Program-made: the position numbers and the translations under genes
Shown here: piece after piece, positions 16,801 to 24,909 of the stretch
How positions within the stretch are numbered: the stretch's first letter is position 1
How the letters are laid out: each line of letters opens with the position of its first letter
From: Chrysochromulina tobinii
Lineage: Eukaryota
DNA: 33,642 bases
Reading direction: 5' to 3'
NCBI GenBank assembly: GCA_001275005.1
Contig: JWZX01002533.1
Coordinates: 1-33,642 of the forward strand
The notes under the pieces: model-generated
What the model saw: only the letters and a program-made list of their open reading frames with translations
What the model was told of the DNA's origin: nothing
Databases searched by the model: none

Positions 16801-18202
16801 GACGAGCATTGGAAGCGGCCAGGCGGGCGTGGGCGCATGCGTGCTCCTCTCAATCCATCAGCCTACCGAACGCTTTCTGTCCTGCATGCAAGGAGTGGTC
16901 GTGATGGCGCCGGGCGGCCGTCTCGTCTACACCGGTCCGCTCCGACTGGCTGACGGCAACTGCGCGCTCGCAGCCGCCTTCGATGCGTCACGAGGCCATA
17001 CTCCACGGCTGCGCGACATCTCGCCCAATCCGGCCGAGGCGCTCCTCGAGGTGGTGAGCGCCGTCGGCGACGACGGCGGCGCGGTCGAGCGTCGGCTGCA
17101 GCAACTCTACGCCGAGTACGCCGCGTCGAGCGCCGCGTCGAGCGCGCAGTCGTCGTCGACGCGCGCCATGTTGAGCGCCTCGGCCATCACCGATCAGGGC
17201 GCCGACGCGGCGCCGTGCCTCGCGGGCTTTGGCCGGCAGCTGCTCGCCCTCGCGAGCCGCCACTCGCTTGTCGTGCTACGCGACCCCCTCCTCGTGCTCA
17301 CGCACCTTGGCTCGGGGCTATGCGTGGCGTGCGTGTGCGCGTGGGCCTTCTGGCACGTCGATCTCGAGCTCTCGTCCGGCGTGCTCCAGCGCCTCGGGCT
17401 CCTCTTCTTCCTTGGAGCCCATCTGTTGCTCACGGGGCTCGCCTCGATGGGCGCGTGGCGGCAGGATCGGCTCCTCTACGAGCACGAGAGCGGCGTCGGC
17501 TGCTACGGCGCCGCGGCCTTTGTGCTCTCACGCACGCTCGTCGCCGACGCCGTCCCGATGCGCATGCTGCCCACCTTGCTCATCGCGTGCATCGTCTACC
17601 CGTCGGCCGGGCTGGCCGGCCTCGCGTTCGAAGGCAGCAGCGAGGAGGTGCAGCTCGAATTCGGCTATAAGAAGGCGCTCATGTTCGTCGCATCGCTCTG
17701 CCTCGCCAACCTCGTCCTCGCGAGCACGTTTGCATGCATCGGCATCGTCGCGCGCACCTCGGAGGTGGCGGTGCTCCTGGGCGCGCTGTACGCCCTCTTC
17801 ACGCTCGTCTTCAGCGGCTTCTTGCCAACGTCCAGCCAGATGCCCGCGGCGCTCAGCTGGCTGCCGTACCTGTCGGTGCTACGCTACACGTTCGAGCTCG
17901 TCCTCTCGAACGAGCTGCTCGGCCAGACTGTGATGCTCGTCGAGGAGTGGCCCGGCAGCCCCGAAGCGGGCCAGCCCAAGCTCGTTGACGGAGCCACCAT
18001 CGTCAACTCGAAGGACTACCTCGGCTTCAATCCGTGGGGCGAGGGCGAGTGCCCCTGGGGCGGCGTGACCCTCGACGGCGGCGCCAATGGCCTGCGCGCG
18101 GCGTGCTGGTTCGACCTGTATGTGCCCGCGCTCTGGTTCGTGGGCGCGCTCGGCTTGGCCATCGGACTGCTCATGCTCGACGAGCACCGCAGGCGCGGCT
18201 GA
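13892..18202 (+). CDS. ABCG (White/ADP1-like) half transporter with a large Cys-rich N-terminal ectodomain (1436 aa)
   Basis: Walker A GPSGAGKST, Q-loop GFVTQED, signature LSGGERRR, Walker B LLLLDEP and H-loop SIHQP, followed by an ABC2-type membrane domain (NBD-TMD order). The N-terminus has CISRPECGFC...SC (PSI-like) and CLCPEGRVGLTCGGC (EGF-like), then a TM helix WGALLVPLGLLLVLMGSVALC. Confidence 0.9.
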   Translation: MGQGFTHVAGPKPPSWLSDCAVLEPTECISRPECGFCFTSFSCMPGNASGPAVGALPCIPNPADPTIQPPDHTYDPASARFGWLQANCSWAYDNATYDAILARHDFGGPGGGPAGYGPLKSFDTMRPPRSPSIDSVPPEWDAPCTAGGQRRWDPLTNCNPSQKPDDPWLGPCKDNTYAWGGTRCLCPEGRVGLTCGGCASDAGCGDGFQCDLPAFSPVEEVHLGCIVPSRSSISLSPVVDPKYIFGFTGTDNAQPSFDLRLGPGTWQATLKKAIPWPLGQIVTFLSVKPAPPQEGKYSRLLSGISFVAAVHSEQYVTAISHTCPDKKALGFDSPFDSGATCLRWTVSDKVKSDDFFSTSPNFCPAKGPCRLPSSSSPGGWARFDQDTKSIATYIKPPLSVDCQLPRTHDSTHTVCSLQTNYKILGSPFIINMDCEVAAGRCNAARNFSYPSPPSAPPPPPPSPLNLLEQCALPEHSRRCTWGALLVPLGLLLVLMGSVALCHLLSHCYDRRDHGIARRRSARKPRPLGSRRHRRAADVGTSSASADAPMPVVSVPPRRAARVKWASESSIAIELPSDASSAALVSSWASPAGGNRTQLTTEFRQQTTLSDGGASLNAAEGGGGAASPAAVAEAGGRIGADEAGECGQIAQRCTTLGVLPVAAIATWLPVEPSPPKTTATAPPSSLAASMLIPPNASIRQLPANTTSSSPAALTAAAAQPPPPPPPLSWHHVSYRAGRNGPRLLQPCTAELHGRGATSSGLWAMIGPSGAGKSTLLSVLAGRREEVSVEAGAGERAEVRLYGQRMGSAARRARIGFVTQEDVLPPTSTVREHLDFHARLRAPWLSRRARRQLVEASLGALGLGPLADRCIGDGFIRGLSGGERRRTSVGCELIVATARTAHEYERRVERMADRHGTSASAHMSSAPRVPLLLLDEPFSGLDSLNARLLLHALVSMVNGNGDDAADAEVGKATSIGSGQAGVGACVLLSIHQPTERFLSCMQGVVVMAPGGRLVYTGPLRLADGNCALAAAFDASRGHTPRLRDISPNPAEALLEVVSAVGDDGGAVERRLQQLYAEYAASSAASSAQSSSTRAMLSASAITDQGADAAPCLAGFGRQLLALASRHSLVVLRDPLLVLTHLGSGLCVACVCAWAFWHVDLELSSGVLQRLGLLFFLGAHLLLTGLASMGAWRQDRLLYEHESGVGCYGAAAFVLSRTLVADAVPMRMLPTLLIACIVYPSAGLAGLAFEGSSEEVQLEFGYKKALMFVASLCLANLVLASTFACIGIVARTSEVAVLLGALYALFTLVFSGFLPTSSQMPAALSWLPYLSVLRYTFELVLSNELLGQTVMLVEEWPGSPEAGQPKLVDGATIVNSKDYLGFNPWGEGECPWGGVTLDGGANGLRAACWFDLYVPALWFVGALGLAIGLLMLDEHRRRG

Positions 18203-18256
18203 CCATAGAGGGGGGATGGGTTCACCCAAGTAAGGGGTCGTTCCGTCGAGGGATCG

Positions 18257-18293
18257 CGACGAAACTTACTAACTAACTGACCTCGACGAAACT
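18257..18293. repeat. (ACTA)n-type microsatellite flanked by a 10-bp direct repeat
   Basis: CGACGAAACT at 18257-18266 and 18284-18293 brackets TACTAACTAACTGACCT. Confidence 0.7.
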
Positions 18294-18381
18294 GACTTGG
18301 AAACTTTTTGTCATCAAGCTGCGTAAAAGGCTCTAGGGCTGGAGCGCGGACACGTCCTCCTCGGAGTGCGCGCCTCGGTGG

Positions 18382-19874
18382 ATGGTTATGCTCAGGGCTC
18401 TATCGGCATTGGCGGCCGTAGGCTCCATATGCGTCACCGGCTGGCTATTCCGCAGGGTCTTGGAGCTTGAGAAGGCTCTGGCGGCCGTCGAGGCCAAGTT
18501 AGTGGCCACAACGGAGCAGCAGCGCTCGGTGCTGGAGTGGCTGACCCAGCGCGTAGGCAACATTGCGAGCCGCCCGCAGTCGCCGCGGGTGACGTCGCGA
18601 GGCATCGACACGCGCTCAAATCGCGACTCGGACAACGATTCGTCGTGCTCACGCTCTGACGTTGGCGGGTACAAAACTGCCGAGGAGGAGGACGAAGATG
18701 GGGCTGAGGTGCCTATTAAGGCCGCGCATAGCAAGATGAAAGTGTCGACCCCCGCCGCCTCGAACTTCATAGGCACCGTAGCAATGCCGTTGGTAGACGA
18801 GCCCAGCGTTCCCGGTCGGCAGGCGGATAAGGAGTGGGCCGCACAGTCGGTCTACATTGGCGACAAAAGCTCATCGTGGAGCTGCCTGAGCGAGGTGGCG
18901 AGCAGCAGCAGCAGTGCGGATCCCATGAAAGCCCCCGCCGGGAGCTCGGATGCGGCAGCGGCAGCCGAGGCGGCCGAGGCGCGTGCCGCAGTGGCGACGG
19001 CGGTGCTCGAGCGCGCGGACGCCATGTACGAGGATGGCCAGTACAGCGACGCGAGCGATCTCCTCTCGTCGCAGGAGGCGAGCGTCGAGGTACTGTGGCG
19101 GCGATGCCGGCTGCTGAAGAGCTTCGCGGACATCGCTAAGGACAAGGGCGACACCAAGGAGAATGAGCGCTGCCTGCGTGAGGCCCATAAGCTCGTGAGC
19201 GAGGCACTCGAGCGCGACGACACCAACTGGGCCGTGCATAAGTGGTATGCGATCACGACCAGCCTCGTGAGCGCATTTGGTACGCGACCCGCGCGATGCA
19301 TGCTCGTCGGAGGCCCTCCAGCGTGGCGCGTGCGCATTCGCCCTCCCTCGCTCCCTGAGCGCTCCTCTACCATAAGCTTCACTAGGCTCCTCTAGGCTCC
19401 TCTCACCCTCGTGCGCCGCCCGCCTGCGTACGGATGGCACCGTCTCACCCGCTTGCGTTCGCCGTGCGCACAGATGGCACCAAGGCCGCCATCCAGCAGT
19501 CGTTTGTGGTCAAGGAGCACTTCCTGCGCGCGTCCGAGCTCAACCCGCGCGATGCAACCACGCGACACGCCCTCGGCTGCTGGTACTGGGAAGTGGCTTC
19601 GCTCTCGTGGGCCACGCGCAAGGTGGCAGCCGCCGTCTTCGCCTCGCCGCCAACAGGAACTTATGACGAGGCGCTCGCTCATTTCACCCTGGCTGAGAGC
19701 CTCTCGCCTGGATTCTACGTACGCAACCGCCTCATGATTGCCAAGTGCCAGCAACAGCTGCGCGACAAGGGCGCGGCCAAGCGATGGGCCATGCAGGCGC
19801 TCGAGGTGCCCGTCCTCAACGTCGACGACAAAGGCGCTGCCGCCGAGGCGAAGCAGCTCCTCGCGTCCCTCTGA
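18382..19874 (+). CDS. RMDN: Regulator of microtubule dynamics (RMDN/FAM82, PTPIP51-like) TPR protein; exons 18382-19279 and 19474-19874 (432 aa)
   Basis: Motifs VEVLWRRCR, VHKWYAI, KEHFLRASELNPRDAT, LGCWYWEVASLSWATRKVAAAVFASPPTGTYDEAL and LSPGFYVRNRL match the RMDN family pattern. Phase-1 GT-AG intron at 19280-19473. N-terminal TM anchor plus coiled coil. Confidence 0.9.
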
Positions 19875-20507
19875 TCTCAATCCAGATGACACGAGGGAAG
19901 GTGGGGCGAGGAAGAGGCGAAGGTGGTGTGCGCGCCTCGAAGACTCTTGGACGAGCGCTGGCGCTTGGAGAAAGCGCGCGCCAGAGCTCGAGACAGCCTT
20001 CTGCCCTCTGAGTCTGACTCGGACGCGGCCCGCGAAAACGGTTTGGGGTCCGCGGGGTCGCGATGTGTCTGACCAAGTGTCGGCCCGCGCGCGGAACGCG
20101 GCCGTTTGTAGTGCGTACCGGGGGCCGATTCGGATATATTTAACCTTTTCAAAATTATAGCCGGGGACTTGGGGCACGAAGCACTATAGTCACTAAGGGC
20201 GAAGCACGATCCTCGATCGCGCCGGAACTCGAGCCGCGGACGCGATGATCCTCGCGCGCGGGGGGATTACCGTTTCAACTCGCTCTCGCGCTCCGGGTTG
20301 GCCGTCTCGCGCTCGCGCTCTAGCACACCAGCACTGTGCGTCGAAGGTTCGCTCCGATAACTTCCGTCGCCGCGACCAATCAAGCGGCGCCCAGCGCGGG
20401 ACGGTGCATGGTGGGTGCATGAAGCAGCCCTCGACGTGCGACGAGTCCAGCCACGCTATGTGGAAAGAGCTCTTCGGCAGCATGTGAGTAGATTCTGCCT
20501 GGCTGCC

Positions 20508-22064
20508 TCATGCCAGATCGAAGATGAGATCATTGGAGAGGGCGAAAGCAGGCAGCTTGGGCGGAGCTGCGGGCACACCCACACCCACCTTGGGAGGTTC
20601 GGAATTACCGTCAGCAACAGCGCCACCCTTACCGTTAGGCTGGGAGGCTGGGGCGGGCGAAGACGAGCGCGATGGTGACTCCGCGTGGACGTCCGTGTAC
20701 TCGTCCAGCCGGAACGGCGACGACAGGCTCGATTTGTCGGCGATAGACTCGACGGCGCGGCGTGGTGAAGCAGGCGCGGCGTCCAAAGAAGCAGGCGCAG
20801 GCGCGGCCACCTTCCCGGCCGGCTTGTTCAGGCTCCATTGGGCGAGTGCCGCTCCAAGGGCACTCTCGGCGTTGCCTGGGTCCTCCACCGGCTCGGCCGC
20901 TGCGTCCGTGGCGTCGGCAGTTGCGGCAGGATCGTACGCCGGCGGCAGTGACGGCCCGATGACAAGACCTGCGCCTGCCTCCTCTTCCTCTTCCTCGTCC
21001 TCGTCCTCGTCGGCGATCGCTAGCTTACGCATCGGCGGCGCCGCAGTGGAGGGAGCGACTGGCGCCGTCGCGATGTGGGCCGGAAGGGCCGGCGGAGCGG
21101 CCGGTCGCGCCGCCGCCGCCTGGCGCGCCGCCGCTGCCGCGAGCGTCTGCTGTTTCGCCATCTCGGCGTATTTCTTCATTTGGTCCTCGGTCCGCTTTCG
21201 CAGCGCCTCGGTCTCGGCCGCGAGCACCTTCTCGTCCTCCCATGTGGGCAACGGCTTGGGGGGCTTCTTCTCGGGCAACTCCGCGACGGGTGCAGCCTTG
21301 TTGGGCCCATGCACGCTGGACACGGCCGCTTTGGCCGCCGCCATGTTGTCTGTCGACGCTGCGCCGCTGCTCGGTGCGAAGGGCTTCGGTTTCGGCTTCG
21401 CCGTTTCCTTGGCCCGCATCAACCCCTTGGTGAGCGAGACACGGACGGCACCCTCCGCGCGTTTGAGGCCCGTCTCGAACACCTCGACCGCCTCGGTCGT
21501 CTCGCCCAGCTCCGTCAGCGCCTCTCCCAGACGAAGCCACGCCTTGGCAAAGCGCGGGTTGCGCCGCGTCGCCTCTCGCGCAGCGGCGGCAGAGGCCTTG
21601 GCGTCACCGCCGCGGAGCCGCGCGATCGCGAGGTTGGTCCAGTGCGGCGCGTGGTGCGGCTCAAGCTCGGTCGCGCGCTCGTACTTCTCGCACGCCGTCG
21701 GGTAGTCACCCGCCTCGAAGGCCGATGTGCCCGCCGCTCGAGCACTCTCGCACTCAAGCTTGGCCGCATCCTCGAGCGGGGGCACATCCTCCTCGACGAC
21801 GGCCGGACTGTCCATTGTCATCTTTCGCGGTGCCGCATCCTGAATGCCCTTCTCCTTCTCCTTCGCCTCCATCTTGACCTTGAGAGCCTCGAAGAGACTC
21901 TTGAGCTCTGGATCCTCAGCTACCAACTTGTGATATTTGGATTGATCCTCCTTGAGCACTTTCATGGCGCCCATCACCTTTTCGTTCTGCATGATGCCCA
22001 CTACATCCAGATCGTCGAGCAGAGCGTCTCCCACTTTCGGATCGAGAGGACCTGAGGTTGCCAT
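20508..22064 (-). CDS. TPR-domain co-chaperone-like protein with an N-terminal STI1/DP-like segment (518 aa)
   Basis: ATG at 22064. Three TPRs (GTSAFEAGDYPTACEKYERATELEP; WTNLAIARLRGGD; FAKAWLRLGEAL). IMQNEKVMGAMKVLKEDQ..DPEL is DP-like. Low-complexity Ala/Pro tail. Confidence 0.8.
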   Translation of the reverse strand: MATSGPLDPKVGDALLDDLDVVGIMQNEKVMGAMKVLKEDQSKYHKLVAEDPELKSLFEALKVKMEAKEKEKGIQDAAPRKMTMDSPAVVEEDVPPLEDAAKLECESARAAGTSAFEAGDYPTACEKYERATELEPHHAPHWTNLAIARLRGGDAKASAAAAREATRRNPRFAKAWLRLGEALTELGETTEAVEVFETGLKRAEGAVRVSLTKGLMRAKETAKPKPKPFAPSSGAASTDNMAAAKAAVSSVHGPNKAAPVAELPEKKPPKPLPTWEDEKVLAAETEALRKRTEDQMKKYAEMAKQQTLAAAAARQAAAARPAAPPALPAHIATAPVAPSTAAPPMRKLAIADEDEDEEEEEEAGAGLVIGPSLPPAYDPAATADATDAAAEPVEDPGNAESALGAALAQWSLNKPAGKVAAPAPASLDAAPASPRRAVESIADKSSLSSPFRLDEYTDVHAESPSRSSSPAPASQPNGKGGAVADGNSEPPKVGVGVPAAPPKLPAFALSNDLIFDLA

Positions 22065-22191
22065 GATCGCGACGGCCGTTGCAAGAGTTCTGGGGTGCTC
22101 GGGTTTTCTATCTGAACCTCTTTCGAAACCCTTATAAACCCGATTACAATGCGAGCGCAATACAGATGACGCGGTGCCGCGCATGTGGGCC

Positions 22192-23391
22192 CTACAGCAG
22201 CCCCGCGTCGTTGACGTACTTGAAGGCCGCGTACGCAAAGAAGAAGAAGGCCACGTTCGTCAGCCGGTCCTTGTTGCGCGCGGCGAGGGCGAGTACCTCT
22301 TGCGCGTCCGACCCCGACGCCGCGGCGCCCGCTGCTGCGGCGCCTCCTGCCGCGGCACTTCCTGCAGCTGCAGCGTCGCCCGGCGCCGCGCTCGGTGCAG
22401 GTTCCACAGCTCTCTGGGCATTAGGAGGTGCGTTGAGCGGCTGGAAGCCCTGAGCCGCGAGAACCGAGGCCGTCTCCTCGGCCGCGATGGCGGCTGTTCT
22501 GGACAGCGCCCGTGCGCGCGTGCTGGGCCCGATCGCGGCACCATCCTCGAGGGTGGCGTTGTTGGTGTTGAGCGACACGCGGCACGCGTCTGGTAGTGGC
22601 ACCTTGGAGGCCATGAAGAAGAGCTCGTCCACTTTGATGTGCATCTCCTCGAGCCGCAGCTTGTTGACCACCGAAATGTCCATGAAGAGCACCTGCGAGA
22701 TCATGCGTGCGCCGTGCATAAAGGGCGGGAAGAGCTTGTGCAGGAGCTCAACCTTCTCGTGCGCCGTCGAGCTCGGGAAGACAGGTGCGAGGTAATCAGT
22801 GTCGAGGATGCGCGTCTGATACTCGTACACGGCGAGCGCGAGCAGCCCCGAGAAGGCCCACGTGCGCCCATCCTCGGAAGCCTTGCCCATCGTGAGCAAG
22901 TAGCCCACCACCAGCCAGATCACGTAGAAGATCGAGAGCGTGCCAAGCTGGCTCGCAACGTCGCTACCCATCTGCGACTCGGTGGCGCCGAATTTGTTGT
23001 ACGACGTGCGTTTGCTCGCGTCCTTGAGCACCTCGTACGCTGTCGCTGCCTGGCGGAACTTGTCGCCCGCTGACTTGTCGTCCGGATTTTTGTCCGGGTG
23101 ATACTTGAGCGAGATATCCTTGTACGCTCGTCGGATCTCAGCGGCCGTCGCGTCGGTGCGCACTCCGAGAGTGCAGAAGTGGTTCGGATCGCGCCCGACG
23201 AGCTCAAAGGACAGCTTCGTGCCCGCGATCGCCGCAAGCAGCAAAGTGGCCAGCGCGATGCCGCGGATTGAGCCAGGCCGGCTCGGGTTGACCTTCGGGC
23301 TCTTCAAGCACCACTCGACGGCCGGGCCGAGCACGAACATGTATAGGATGAAGTCCACGATCTCGGACGTACCCTCGCCGCCCTCGGACAT
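22192..23391 (-). CDS. Membrane-anchored DnaJ/J-domain protein (399 aa)
   Basis: J-domain NHFCTLGV...EIRRAYKDISLKYHPDKNP...AYEVLKDASKRTSYNKFG with an HPD motif, flanked by hydrophobic TM segments. ATG at 23391. Confidence 0.88.
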   Translation of the reverse strand: MSEGGEGTSEIVDFILYMFVLGPAVEWCLKSPKVNPSRPGSIRGIALATLLLAAIAGTKLSFELVGRDPNHFCTLGVRTDATAAEIRRAYKDISLKYHPDKNPDDKSAGDKFRQAATAYEVLKDASKRTSYNKFGATESQMGSDVASQLGTLSIFYVIWLVVGYLLTMGKASEDGRTWAFSGLLALAVYEYQTRILDTDYLAPVFPSSTAHEKVELLHKLFPPFMHGARMISQVLFMDISVVNKLRLEEMHIKVDELFFMASKVPLPDACRVSLNTNNATLEDGAAIGPSTRARALSRTAAIAAEETASVLAAQGFQPLNAPPNAQRAVEPAPSAAPGDAAAAGSAAAGGAAAAGAAASGSDAQEVLALAARNKDRLTNVAFFFFAYAAFKYVNDAGLL

Positions 23392-23927
23392 GTCGGACTC
23401 GCTGCCTCCCCGATGAGATGGGAGCTGTGCGCGTTCTCTGCTGAGCTCTCTCGTTCTTCCCACAGCCCGGGTTGGCAGCCGAGGGACCGTAAACTTGGTC
23501 GCGTTGTGGTTTGATATGCGGTTCATCAAACTATACAAACGGCAGCCTAGTGGAGAGAAGGTCCTGTGGGCGCTCTTCCTCTACCGTGGATACAAATTTC
23601 GTGGATACACGAGTCATGTGCTTTCGCGTTTCGGGGGTCTCTCAGGCGGTCAGGGCGAGGTCGGAGAGAAAAATAAGAGGGGAAATGTCAGGGAAAATGT
23701 GCTGTGTTTTCACAGTATCTAAAGTATATAAAAGTATATACATTTAGGCGTTTGCATTCAACATCCTACTTTCTCACATGAGACATGGCACACCGGCAAG
23801 CAAAAGCCGGACCAAAGCGGTTGCCTCTCGCCTAGCCGTCCTTTTGTCTATTGTGCCGCTCCGCTCACGCGTCGCGCCTCACGGTCTCGACGTGTGGCAA
23901 GGGCCCGGACTCGCGGACTAAATCCAT

Positions 23928-24518
23928 TCAAGATCGCCGGCTGGGTAGAAGGTGCCAGGGCAACGTACCCATCGATCGCGCCGCCGCACCGGCGATCGTC
24001 TCGCAATGCGCACGGTAGACGAGCCGGTCCCTGTCGGCCTCGCGCGCGCCGACGCGCCCACTCTCACTGAGAGGCCACGCTTTGTAGCAAATGCGTGCCT
24101 CGATGAGTGCGGCCGGAACCGCGCCAAAGTGATTGCTGTCTCTGCTGGCATGCTCATTGTCGCCCTCGACCCAAATGTGTCCACGTGGCACGTGGACCTG
24201 GCTCGCAGACGCATCTCGCGGCCGCACGCAATCGCCGGGCAGCCCTATGACCCGCTTGGTGAGCCACTCCTTTGGGTTGTTCGGTGATCGAAGCACGACA
24301 ACTTCGCCTCGGCTCACCTTCAGCTGCCGCGCACTCCATTTATCGAGGACGGCGAGGTCGTTGAACTGGCGGCCACGCGAGTTGAAGGTTGGTTGCATCG
24401 AACGACCGTCGACAAGCTTGAACGAGAGAACGTAGTGTTCGAGGCAGGCCCAAACGGGTATCCAGGGCGCGACTCGTCCGGCGTGGAGTAACGCTCTATG
24501 CGCCATCTCTTGCCACAT
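23928..24518 (-). CDS. IMP2: Mitochondrial inner membrane peptidase subunit (peptidase S26, IMP2-like), about 196 aa
   Basis: GRSMQPTFN (catalytic Ser), KRVIGLPGD (catalytic Lys) and VPRGHIWVEGDN...DSNHFGAV. ATG at 24518 (alternative 24506). Confidence 0.88.
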   Translation of the reverse strand: MWQEMAHRALLHAGRVAPWIPVWACLEHYVLSFKLVDGRSMQPTFNSRGRQFNDLAVLDKWSARQLKVSRGEVVVLRSPNNPKEWLTKRVIGLPGDCVRPRDASASQVHVPRGHIWVEGDNEHASRDSNHFGAVPAALIEARICYKAWPLSESGRVGAREADRDRLVYRAHCETIAGAAARSMGTLPWHLLPSRRS

Positions 24519-24732
24519 CAGTGCGTGTTTCGGTGGCCGTGCAGATGTGGCGACCAACGAAGCACACCGCGTCGTCGGACCACATTCGAGATTCGCGAAA
24601 AAAATTTGTGCGGATGGCCCAGCTGACCTTTTCAACTGTGAGTTGGTGCCTTCTCGGGTGTGGGTACGCAAGCTCCGGCTCACAGCCGTTTTACACAGAG
24701 CTAACGCGAGCGAGAGATTGTGGGAGCGCACA

Positions 24733-24842
24733 CCGACCTAACAGCCCCTCCTTTCTCATCGTCGATTGTGAATTGGAGGGCTCAAGTTGCTCCGACCTAA
24801 CAGCCCCTCCTTTCTCATTGTCGATTGTGAATTGGAGGGCTC
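24733..24842. repeat. 51-bp direct repeat (1 mismatch) separated by 8 bp
   Basis: 24733-24783 and 24792-24842; spacer AAGTTGCT. Confidence 0.9.
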
Positions 24843-24909
24843 CCCGCTCGGCGCTCACCCTGATGACCCCTCACAACATCTCACCTCCTTCCAACGTCAG
24901 CGCCACGCC

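Noticed and set aside
20524..21705. Long antisense ORFs (this one, 30684-31697, 13958-15127, 25009-26193, 3081-4151, 31856-32938)
   Set aside because: They are shadow frames of GC-rich, codon-biased genes on the opposite strand, with low-complexity translations and no motifs.
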